UHGV virus genome: UHGV-1575633
Reading direction: 5' to 3' (one strand)
Source: a virus
DNA length: 12,108 nucleotides
The notes below the pieces were generated by a model that saw only the letters and a program-made list of their open reading frames with translations, was not told the DNA's origin and did not search any database. Positions 1 through 7,348 of this stretch are shown piece after piece. How positions within the stretch are numbered: the stretch's first letter is position 1; the number at the start of each line of letters is the position of its first letter. A program made the position numbers and the translations under genes.

Positions 1-453
1 AAGGCGTTCCTCGATATGCTGGCATGGTCAGAGGGAACTGATAACGGACGTCAGAAAACCAGAAATCATGGTTATGACGTCATTGTAGGCGGAGAGCTAT
101 TCACTGATTACTCCGATCACCCTCGCAAACTTGTCACGCTAAACCCAAAACTCAAATCAACAGCAGCCGGACGTTACCAGCTTCTTTCCCGTTGGTGGGA
201 TGCCTATCGTAAGCAGCTTGGCCTGAAAGATTTCTCTCCGAAAAGCCAGGACGCTGTGGCATTGCAGCAGATTAAAGAGCGTGGCGCTTTACCGATGATT
301 GATCGCGGTGATATTCGTCAGGCAATTGACCGTTGCAGCAATATCTGGGCTTCACTGCCGGGGGCTGGTTACGGTCAGTTCGAGCATAAGGCTGACAGCC
401 TGATTGCAAAATTCAAAGAGGCTGGCGGAACGGTCAGAGAGATTGATGTATGA
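1..453 (+). CDS. R: Endolysin, lambda R-type lytic transglycosylase (5' partial; starts upstream of window)
   Basis: Frame 1 is open from base 1 ([31 protein letters not shown]...GTVREIDV) and is near-identical, from memory, to the C-terminal ~150 aa of phage lambda R. The Met at 16 is internal, not the start. Confidence 0.9.
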   Translation, partial: KAFLDMLAWSEGTDNGRQKTRNHGYDVIVGGELFTDYSDHPRKLVTLNPKLKSTAAGRYQLLSRWWDAYRKQLGLKDFSPKSQDAVALQQIKERGALPMIDRGDIRQAIDRCSNIWASLPGAGYGQFEHKADSLIAKFKEAGGTVREIDV

Positions 454-887
454 GCAGAGTAACCGCGATTATCTCCGCTCTGATTATCTGCATCATCGTC
501 TGCCTGTCATGGGCTGTTAATCATTACCGTGATAACGCCATCGCCTATAAAGAGCAGCGCGATAAGGCCACATCCACAATCGCTGACATGCAGAAGCGTC
601 AACGTGATGTAGCAGAACTCGACGCCAGATACACAAAGGAGCTTGCTGATGCTAACGCGACTATCGAAAGTCTCCGTGCTGATGTTTCTGCTGGTCGTAA
701 GCGCCTGCAAGTCTCCGCCACCTGTGCAAAGTCAACGGCCGGAGCCAGCAGCATGGGCGATGGAGAAAGCCCAAGACTTACAGCAGATGCTGAACTCAAT
801 TATTACCGTCTCCGAAGTGGAATCGACAGGATAACCGCGCAGGTTAACTACCTGCAGGAATACATCAGGACGCAATGCCTTCGATGA
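450..887 (+). CDS. Rz: Rz i-spanin (inner-membrane spanin subunit)
   Basis: ATG overlaps the R stop (ATGA). N-terminal TM segment ([20 protein letters not shown]) followed by a charged, helical periplasmic domain; N-terminus almost identical to lambda Rz as recalled. Confidence 0.9.
   Translation: MSRVTAIISALIICIIVCLSWAVNHYRDNAIAYKEQRDKATSTIADMQKRQRDVAELDARYTKELADANATIESLRADVSAGRKRLQVSATCAKSTAGASSMGDGESPRLTADAELNYYRLRSGIDRITAQVNYLQEYIRTQCLR
649..834 (+). CDS. Rz1: Rz1 o-spanin (outer-membrane lipoprotein) embedded in the +1 frame of Rz
   Basis: Entirely inside Rz in another frame. AAGGAG at 636-641 sits 7 nt before ATG 649. Signal peptide ends in lipobox-like VSAC, followed by proline-rich mature region ([16 protein letters not shown]), as in lambda Rz1. 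The track's TTG start at 643 is less likely. Confidence 0.8.
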   Translation: MLTRLSKVSVLMFLLVVSACKSPPPVQSQRPEPAAWAMEKAQDLQQMLNSIITVSEVESTG

Positions 888-1062
888 TAGCGATAATTTT
901 ACTCATCATCCTTCACATCTGGCTCTGTAGACAGGGTGGTGATCACTTCTGGAGTGAATCCAGATTAAACATCTCATTGCTGATGCTTGATATTGAGCAT
1001 CTGGCGCGCGGTAAGGGGCTGCGTTGAGATAAGAGCCAGATCATTACAAATACCAGGATTTA

Positions 1063-1086
1063 GCCTCGCATTTGCGGGGCTTTTTT
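1063..1086 (+). terminator. Candidate rho-independent terminator downstream of Rz
   Basis: 7-bp GC-rich stem (1063-1069 pairs with 1074-1080, one G-U wobble), 4-nt loop, then six T at 1081-1086. Confidence 0.5.
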
Positions 1087-1232
1087 ACATCTGCAGTAAA
1101 CCGCGCATCGCAGCGCGTAACAATCCCGAGTCTTTCAGAAAGCTGAGCCTGAGAATTGCCGTATATGGTGGCGACCATCTCGGGGACGGCTTTTCTGTGC
1201 GAACAGGCTCATCTTTCTAAAAGGTAAACGCT

Positions 1233-1718
1233 ATGAATAACTTTGTTGAAATTACCTCAAGAATTGGTCGCATGTACCAAGATTTTCTTATAAGTGGAAA
1301 GGGGTCTGGCGACATCATAGAGGAAATTGACAAGCTAAGTGCAGAGCTGAGAAGGAATGGGTGTGTTAATTCTATCTTTTTTGAAACTTTGCTAAAGCAA
1401 GGCTTCATGTTTGACATGATTAATTACAACAAAGTCGCACCCAGTGCTTCGCAAAAATCATATGTGTACGTTCTGCATGCTGAAGATAGTGGGCTAACAA
1501 AAATAGGGTTTAGTCGCAGGGTTAATAAACGAATTTCAGAGATATCTCGCATGAGTGGTGGGAAGCTAAATCTAATTGCAAAGATTCCGGCCGATAGAGA
1601 GCTTGAAACCAAATTGCACCAAAAATATTACAACTATAGGTCGCACGGGGAGTGGTTTAGTCTCAATCGTTGTCATTTGAAAGAGCTAAAAGAAATGCCT
1701 GGTAACGAACTGAAATAA
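1233..1718 (+). CDS. Moron: T5orf172 / MUG113-type (divergent GIY-YIG-like) domain protein with ~75-aa N-terminal extension of unknown function
   Basis: 161-aa ORF with AAGG RBS 8 nt upstream. Residues 77-145 carry T5orf172-like motifs: YVYVL, KIGFS-RR, ELE-KLH, GEWF. Visibly more AT-rich than flanks (about 40% vs about 50% by eye) and uses AGA/AGG Arg codons rarely seen in the neighbouring phage genes. Confidence 0.7.
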   Translation: MNNFVEITSRIGRMYQDFLISGKGSGDIIEEIDKLSAELRRNGCVNSIFFETLLKQGFMFDMINYNKVAPSASQKSYVYVLHAEDSGLTKIGFSRRVNKRISEISRMSGGKLNLIAKIPADRELETKLHQKYYNYRSHGEWFSLNRCHLKELKEMPGNELK

Positions 1719-1918
1719 TCCCCGGACTCACTAATTAACAGCAGTACAGCGAAACAACCCAAGCCAGAAAGTGGGGAAATAACACTGGCAGCCACTGAAA
1801 GATGAACCTCCTGCCTTATGGCAAAAAAGATTCTTTGTGGTGGCGGACTGATGGAAAGACATCGGTTATTGCAGAGGCCATTCAATGAGTGGTCTCGACA
1901 ATGGCTTATACCCTACAC

Positions 1919-1944
1919 GGGATAACTTAACTGATATCCCTTTT
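1919..1944 (+). terminator. Weak hairpin plus T-tract, possible terminator of the moron transcript
   Basis: gggata (1919-1924) / tatccc (1935-1940) inverted repeat with 10-nt loop, then TTTT 1941-1944. Short AU-containing stem and large loop make this marginal. Confidence 0.25.
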
Positions 1945-1965
1945 AACGGATAAACGGAGCCAACA

Positions 1966-2208
1966 ATGGCAGAGATTATTCCCATGACTGAAGAACAGAA
2001 ATTCCAGTTAGAGATTTACAAACTGGTCATGAACCAGAACGCAGCCGCAGAAGAAGCATTTCAATTCATTGGCACTGACGAGCTGAAGCTTGAGCTATTT
2101 AAAATTCACTTCCAGTCAGGCGGCGCTAATTCAGATATCACGACCCGCACTATCGAAGCGGTGCGTAAATCGAAGGAAGCGTTAGACCTGTTCACTACCG
2201 GAGCATAA
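1966..2208 (+). CDS. Hypothetical small phage protein immediately upstream of small terminase
   Basis: 80-aa ORF with GGAG RBS (1957-1960), ending 2 nt before the terS ATG. No motif recognised. Confidence 0.55.
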   Translation: MAEIIPMTEEQKFQLEIYKLVMNQNAAAEEAFQFIGTDELKLELFKIHFQSGGANSDITTRTIEAVRKSKEALDLFTTGA

Positions 2209-2210
2209 AC

Positions 2211-2651
2211 ATGGCGCGCCCAACGAAGTATCAAGAGGCGTATGCCGAACAGGCACGCAAACTGTGCTTGCTGGGCTACACCGATGCAGAACTTGCTGAT
2301 TTCTTTGAAGTCAGTGAGTCAACTATTAACAAGTGGAAGCTTGATTATCCTAAGTTTTCGGAGTCCATAAAAAAGGGTAAGGCCGTCGCTGATGCAGAAG
2401 TTAGTGATCGTCTTTATCAACGCGCTATGGGCTTCGTGGCTCCAGACATCGATATTCGTGTTATTGAAAACAGAATTGTCGAAACTCCGCTTGAGAAGTA
2501 TTACCCGCCTGATACAACCGCCGCCATCTTCTGGCTTAAGAACCGACAGAAGGATAAATGGCGCGATAAGGTTGATCACGAGCTAACAGGCAAAGACGGC
2601 GGCGCAATTCAGATTGAAACATCACCGATGAGCACTCTATTCGGAAAATGA
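2211..2651 (+). CDS. Terminase small subunit
   Basis: 146-aa ORF directly upstream of and overlapping terL (ATGA at 2648). N-terminal HTH-like segment (YTDAELADFFEVSESTINKWK) typical of small terminase DNA-binding domains. Confidence 0.75.
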   Translation: MARPTKYQEAYAEQARKLCLLGYTDAELADFFEVSESTINKWKLDYPKFSESIKKGKAVADAEVSDRLYQRAMGFVAPDIDIRVIENRIVETPLEKYYPPDTTAAIFWLKNRQKDKWRDKVDHELTGKDGGAIQIETSPMSTLFGK

Positions 2652-4063
2652 CCACGATTAATCCTATCTTTGAACCGTTCATTGAGGCGCATCGCTACAA
2701 AGTCGCCAAAGGCGGTCGAGGTAGCGGTAAGTCATGGGCAATTGCGAGGCTGCTTGTTGAAGCGGCGCGTCGGCAGCCAGTGCGTATTCTCTGCGCTCGT
2801 GAACTGCAAAACAGTATCAGCGATTCGGTAATCCGGCTGCTTGAAGACACCATAGAGCGTGAAGGGTATACGGCTGAGTTTGAAATTCAGCGTTCCATGA
2901 TTCGTCATCTCGGAACGAATGCTGAGTTCATGTTCTACGGCATCAAAAACAACCCGACGAAGATTAAATCGCTCGAAGGCATTGATATCTGCTGGGTGGA
3001 AGAAGCGGAAGCGGTAACGAAGGAATCATGGGATATCCTGATACCAACCATCCGTAAGCCGTTCTCCGAAATATGGGTGAGCTTCAACCCTAAGAACATC
3101 CTCGACGATACCTATCAACGATTCGTTGTAAATCCTCCCGATGATATTTGTCTGCTGACGGTGAACTACACCGACAACCCGCACTTTCCTGAAGTTCTCC
3201 GTCTGGAGATGGAAGAGTGCAAACGCAGAAATCCGACACTGTATCGTCACATCTGGCTTGGTGAGCCAGTAAGCGCAAGTGATATGGCAATCATCAAACG
3301 TGAATGGCTTGAAGCTGCAACCGATGCGCACAAGAAACTCGGATGGAAAGCGAAAGGCGCTGTTGTTTCTGCGCATGACCCATCAGATACAGGGCCAGAT
3401 GCTAAAGGTTACGCATCGCGTCACGGTTCGGTAGTTAAGCGCATTGCCAAAGGTCTGCTGATGGATATCAACGAGGGTGCTGACTGGGCTACTTCGCTGG
3501 CGATTGAAGACGGCGCTGACCACTACCTGTGGGATGGTGATGGTGTTGGTGCGGGGCTGCGCAGACAGACAACGGAAGCATTCTCCGGTAAGAAAATCAC
3601 CGCCACGATGTTTAAGGGCAGCGAATCGCCATTCGATGAAGATGCACCGTATCAGGCCGGAGCATGGGCTGATGAAGTCGTACAGGGCGACAACGTTCGC
3701 ACTATTGGCGATGTGTTCCGCAATAAGCGAGCGCAATTCTATTACGCGCTGGCTGACAGGCTGTATCTGACATATCGGGCGGTTGTCCACGGTGAGTATG
3801 CAGACCCCGACGACATGCTGAGTTTCGACAAAGAAGCGATAGGCGAGAAGATGCTGGAGAAGCTGTTTGCAGAACTGACGCAGATTCAGCGCAAATTCAA
3901 TAATAACGGGAAGCTGGAGCTTATGACTAAGGTCGAAATGAAGCAGAAGCTCGGTATTCCATCTCCTAACCTGGCTGATGCGCTGATGATGTGTATGCAT
4001 TGCCCGGAGTCGGCTGCGCAACCCGACTATTCCAGTTACTCAATTCCTTGTGGTGTAGGTTGA
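2648..4063 (+). CDS. Terminase large subunit (Sf6/P22-type)
   Basis: 471 aa with Walker A P-loop KGGRGSGKS (residues 21-29) and Walker B-like ICWVEEAE; N-terminus closely resembles Sf6 gp2 as recalled. Confidence 0.9.
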   Translation: MTTINPIFEPFIEAHRYKVAKGGRGSGKSWAIARLLVEAARRQPVRILCARELQNSISDSVIRLLEDTIEREGYTAEFEIQRSMIRHLGTNAEFMFYGIKNNPTKIKSLEGIDICWVEEAEAVTKESWDILIPTIRKPFSEIWVSFNPKNILDDTYQRFVVNPPDDICLLTVNYTDNPHFPEVLRLEMEECKRRNPTLYRHIWLGEPVSASDMAIIKREWLEAATDAHKKLGWKAKGAVVSAHDPSDTGPDAKGYASRHGSVVKRIAKGLLMDINEGADWATSLAIEDGADHYLWDGDGVGAGLRRQTTEAFSGKKITATMFKGSESPFDEDAPYQAGAWADEVVQGDNVRTIGDVFRNKRAQFYYALADRLYLTYRAVVHGEYADPDDMLSFDKEAIGEKMLEKLFAELTQIQRKFNNNGKLELMTKVEMKQKLGIPSPNLADALMMCMHCPESAAQPDYSSYSIPCGVG

Positions 4064-4064
4064 T

Positions 4065-5774
4065 ATGGCAGAAAAAAAGATGACTGACTGGCATCGCAAG
4101 GTGCTGTGCAACTTTGATAATGCCTGGTCAGCAACGCAGGATATGCGTAAGCAGATTATTGAGGCTCAACGTTTCGTCCGGGTATCCGGCGCACAGTGGG
4201 AAGGCAGCACAAACGCTGGTTACTCATTTGATGAAGGCAGGTTTGAGCATTATCCGCGCTTTGAACTGAATAAGATTGCCCGTGAATGTGATCGCATCAT
4301 TGGCGAGTATCGACAGAATCGCATCAGCGTTAAATTCAGGCCGAAGGACGATAAGGCATCGGAAGCGTTAGCCGAAAAGATGAACGGCAAATTCCGCGCT
4401 GACTATCAGGAAACATCAGGTGGTGAAGCGTGTGATAACGCATTTGATGATGCTGTAACGGGCGGGTTCGGTTGTTTCCGCATGTGTGCTGATTACGAAG
4501 ATGAAATGGATCCGAGTAACGAGCAGCGACGCATCAGTCTTCTTCCTGTTTACGACCCGGCGACATGCGTCTTCTTCGATCAGGACAGCAAACAATATGA
4601 CCGCTCTGATGCTATGTGGGCTATGGAAATGTTCTCCATGACGCCTAAAGCGTTCGAGGCTGAATACCCTGATTCCATTGCGGCAAGCCTTTCTCGGGAT
4701 GACACTGGTACTCAGTATGACTGGTCAACGCCTGACGCCATCTATGTTGGACGTTACTACGAAGTTCGCATAGAGAAGGTGAAGCTCACGGCGTGGCGCA
4801 ACCCTGTTAGCGGAGAAACGGCAATCTATGATGAAGAGCAAATCAAAGATATTGTCGACGAGCTGACCGATGGTGCATTCGAACTGATTGGCGAGCGAAC
4901 GGTGAAGAAACGCCGCGTTTATTGCGGCCTTCTGTCTGGCGCTGAATGGCTGGAAGAACCGAAGCGTATTCCGGGCGAACATATTCCTCTCATCCCGGTA
5001 TATGGGCGTCGCTCATTTGTTGATAATCAGGAACGAATCGAAGGCCACGCAGCAAAAGCGATGGATGCACAGCGTCTTGAGAACCTGATGGTTTCCATGA
5101 TTGCAGATAACGCTACTCAGGCGGGCGGTGATGGCATTCCTATCGTGGATGTTGATTTCATTCCCGGTCCATTAATGAATCACTGGGCAGAGAGGAATAA
5201 GAAAAGACCTGCAGTTCTTCCCATGACCAGCAAGAAGGACAAAAACGGAACAGTCATTTCAGAAGCTCAGGTTGCTGGCTGGACACCTCCGACACAAATG
5301 CCTCCTGCTCTTGCCGGGCTATTGCAGTACACCGGAACGGCTATTCAGCAAATTACAGGTGCGTCGCAGCTTGAGAACATGCCGAGCAACGTCGCTACTG
5401 ATACCGTTGATAGCATTTTTAACCGGATGGACACGCAGTCCTATATCTACATGGACAACATGGCTAAATCTATGCGTCGCGCTGGCGTTGTGTGGCTTTC
5501 TATGGCGCGTGAAGTCTATGGCAGCGATACGCCGATGCGTATCGTTAATGAGGACGGCAGCGATGACGTGGCGCTGATGACTGGTGAAGTGGTTGACCGT
5601 CAGACAGGGCAGGTTATCGCGCTTAACGACCTTTCGCAGGGTAACTATGAAGTGACTGTCGATGTCGGTCAGTCGTTCGCTACTCGCCGTGATGCAACGG
5701 TTAAGTCGTTACTTTCCATGCTGGCACTTATCCCACCAGGAACGCCGAAGCTGCACAGATTGACTCTGACCTGA
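4065..5774 (+). CDS. Portal protein (P22 gp1-like), apparently C-terminally truncated (569 aa vs roughly 700+ aa in P22/Sf6)
   Basis: Collinear with P22 portal motifs as recalled (KRRRVY, GEHIPLIPVYG, PPGTPK), but the frame stops at 5772-5774 right after PPGTPK, where P22 continues into the C-terminal barrel. Confidence 0.8.
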   Translation: MAEKKMTDWHRKVLCNFDNAWSATQDMRKQIIEAQRFVRVSGAQWEGSTNAGYSFDEGRFEHYPRFELNKIARECDRIIGEYRQNRISVKFRPKDDKASEALAEKMNGKFRADYQETSGGEACDNAFDDAVTGGFGCFRMCADYEDEMDPSNEQRRISLLPVYDPATCVFFDQDSKQYDRSDAMWAMEMFSMTPKAFEAEYPDSIAASLSRDDTGTQYDWSTPDAIYVGRYYEVRIEKVKLTAWRNPVSGETAIYDEEQIKDIVDELTDGAFELIGERTVKKRRVYCGLLSGAEWLEEPKRIPGEHIPLIPVYGRRSFVDNQERIEGHAAKAMDAQRLENLMVSMIADNATQAGGDGIPIVDVDFIPGPLMNHWAERNKKRPAVLPMTSKKDKNGTVISEAQVAGWTPPTQMPPALAGLLQYTGTAIQQITGASQLENMPSNVATDTVDSIFNRMDTQSYIYMDNMAKSMRRAGVVWLSMAREVYGSDTPMRIVNEDGSDDVALMTGEVVDRQTGQVIALNDLSQGNYEVTVDVGQSFATRRDATVKSLLSMLALIPPGTPKLHRLTLT

Positions 5775-5779
5775 TTTCC

Positions 5780-6667
5780 ATGGTCACGCAGCGTGCTACT
5801 AACGTGATCACAATGGCTGACTCAACCACTGGTTCACAGGGCCGTGATTTGTGGAACTGTGCGGCAGGTATTGATGCCACCATGACGGCGATTGGTGTAC
5901 CACAGGGTATCAACCGCCGCTCTTTCTGGAACCCCTTCAACTACAAAGACCTTGCTGGCGAGCTTGGTCACCGTGCCTATGCTCAGGGCGCAACCCTGAC
6001 AGCATACGAAAAAGCGCAGATCCCTCCGGTTGCGTCCTTCGATAGCTACAAGACCGATATTTCTGGTCGTGTTCCGAAGGGTACAGCAACTTCCCTGACG
6101 CTGGCGGCTGAACCTGCGCACAAGGTTGAAGCGAAAGATGCTAACGATATGCCAGTGGATAACCGGCAGGGGACCATTACGGTATCTGCTGAAGGTTTGC
6201 AGGTTGGCGATGCGTTCACCATTGCTGGCGTGAATTCTGTACACCAGATCACCAAAGACACCACCGGGCAGCCGCAGGTATTCCGCGTTCTGGCAGTAAG
6301 CGGAACGACAGTAACTATCTCCCCGAAAATTCTGCCGCCTGACAACGCAGATGTCGCCAGCCGTCCATATGCAAACGTTGATGCTAACGCGGCAAATGGT
6401 GCAGCAATTACCATTCTCAACAAGAATGCCGCACCGGCTAACCTGTTCTGGGCTGATGGTTCTGTTGAGCTGATGTACGGCAAACTGGCGTTCCCGACTG
6501 GTCAGGGTCCACAGGTAATGACAGCAACCACCGAGCAGGGCGCTACGCTGATCATGTCTTACGCCTTCGACCACATCAAAGGCGTAACCACTGCGCGTTT
6601 CACCACTCTGTACGGTTGCTCTGTACTGGTTCCTGAATATACGGGCATCGTTATTGCCGGGCAGTAA
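5780..6667 (+). pseudogene. Coat (major capsid) protein fragment, P22 gp5-like, lacking roughly the first 125-130 residues
   Basis: Homology to P22 coat starts near the ORF start (NVIT...SFWNPFNYKDLAG vs P22 LVIT...SYFFNPQDYKKAG) and continues to the C-terminus (PYANVDANAANGAAITILN, NLFWADGSVEL). No RBS; frame is open from 5705, overlapping the portal end. No scaffold gene precedes it. Confidence 0.65.
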
Positions 6668-6671
6668 TTTT

Positions 6672-6697
6672 GGTGGGGCTTCGGCCCCATTTTTATT
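6672..6697 (+). terminator. Rho-independent terminator / stabilising hairpin after the coat gene
   Basis: GGGGC (6675-6679) / GCCCC (6684-6688) stem, extendable by T-A and G-U pairs, with TTCG tetraloop (6680-6683) and a T-run at 6690-6694, 5 nt after the coat stop. Confidence 0.6.
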
Positions 6698-6708
6698 GGG
6701 AGAAGACA

Positions 6709-6897
6709 ATGGCACGAACAATGCTCTATAAGCCTGGCAACATGATCACCTGTGGTCAGTTTGCTGTCGATTACATCATTGTTGATGACGAAGAAGTTAA
6801 ATCTCACCTGAAAAAAGGTTGGGTAAAAACTCCTGAAGAAACCGCAACGAAGCAAAAAGTGGCTAAGGCGGAAGAAGATGGCGAAAACGAAGGGTGA
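6709..6897 (+). CDS. Hypothetical small acidic protein (62 aa) between coat and gp4
   Basis: ATG 6709 preceded by GGAG (6699-6702, 6-nt spacer); 3' end overlaps gp4 start by 20 nt in another frame. The track's TTG start at 6670 lies inside the terminator hairpin and is rejected. Confidence 0.45.
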   Translation: MARTMLYKPGNMITCGQFAVDYIIVDDEEVKSHLKKGWVKTPEETATKQKVAKAEEDGENEG

Positions 6898-7339
6898 TCT
6901 CGTTCTAAAGGCTTTACGAAAAGCTGGGCTGTATTCCAATGCCACGTTGACAGATGCTGACCCTCAGGCAATTGAAGATGCCATTAATGACCTCGAAGAC
7001 ATGATGGCAGCATGGCAGGCGAAAGGTATCGAGCTTGGATATCAGTTTGCGGATACAGAAAACGGCATCATGCCGTTACCTGACGATGATTCAGGTATCC
7101 CTGCATGGGCAAATGATGGCGTGGCTTTGAAGCTCGCTGTGCAAGTGTGCATGGATAACGTCATTCAGCCGTCAGACGCTCTCCTGACCGCTGCTGACAG
7201 TGCATATCAGACAATCTGTATCGCTTTAACCAAAATACCACCACTTGAGCGGCGAAATGACATGCCTCGCGGTAGTGGTAACAAAAGCGCGTTTACGTGG
7301 AATCGGTTTTACATCGAGAAAGATGATCCGAGTACGTGA
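6878..7339 (+). CDS. Head completion / tail accessory factor (P22 gp4-like)
   Basis: 153 aa; N-terminus MAKTKGDLVLKALRKAG...ATLTDADPQAIEDAINDLEDMMAAW parallels recalled P22 gp4, and the PRGSGNKSAFTWN motif is near the C-terminus. Confidence 0.8.
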   Translation: MAKTKGDLVLKALRKAGLYSNATLTDADPQAIEDAINDLEDMMAAWQAKGIELGYQFADTENGIMPLPDDDSGIPAWANDGVALKLAVQVCMDNVIQPSDALLTAADSAYQTICIALTKIPPLERRNDMPRGSGNKSAFTWNRFYIEKDDPST

Positions 7340-7348
7340 GGTGAATAA

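Noticed and set aside
16-453. ATG at 16 as the endolysin start
   Set aside because: The frame is open from base 1 and the upstream residues (KAFLD) continue the lambda R-like sequence; the gene starts upstream of the window.
643-834. TTG at 643 as the Rz1 start
   Set aside because: ATG at 649 has an AAGGAG RBS at ideal spacing; TTG 643 would put the RBS only 1 nt upstream.
1156-1167. Possible sigma70 promoter (TTGCCG / TATATG) upstream of the moron
   Set aside because: The two hexamers are directly adjacent rather than about 17 bp apart, so they cannot form one promoter; no better pair found by eye.
987-1220. 77-aa plus-strand ORF in the Rz-moron intergenic region
   Set aside because: No RBS, spans the predicted terminator hairpin, and no recognisable motif; most likely non-coding spacer.
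1217-1612. Minus-strand ORFs 1217..1417 and 1424..1612
   Set aside because: Antisense to the T5orf172 moron gene, which has motif support; AT-rich sequence; treated as spurious.
3383-4021. 212-aa minus-strand ORF inside the large terminase gene
   Set aside because: Antisense to a terminase with Walker A/B motifs; no RBS or homology; shadow ORF.
2319-5577. Short alternative-frame ORFs inside terS, terL and portal (2319..2579, 2392..2586, 3026..3376, 3090..3290, 3477..3770, 4725..4982, 5272..5577)
   Set aside because: All are nested within well-supported genes in other frames or strands and have no RBS or motif.
5834-6721. 295-aa ORF on the minus strand
   Set aside because: Lies exactly antisense to the coat-homologous plus-strand ORF, which has clear homology support; a long antisense frame here is a by-product of the sense-strand coding sequence.
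6046-6945. Minus-strand ORFs 6046..6483 and 6559..6945
   Set aside because: Antisense to the coat fragment, the small ORF and gp4; no independent support.
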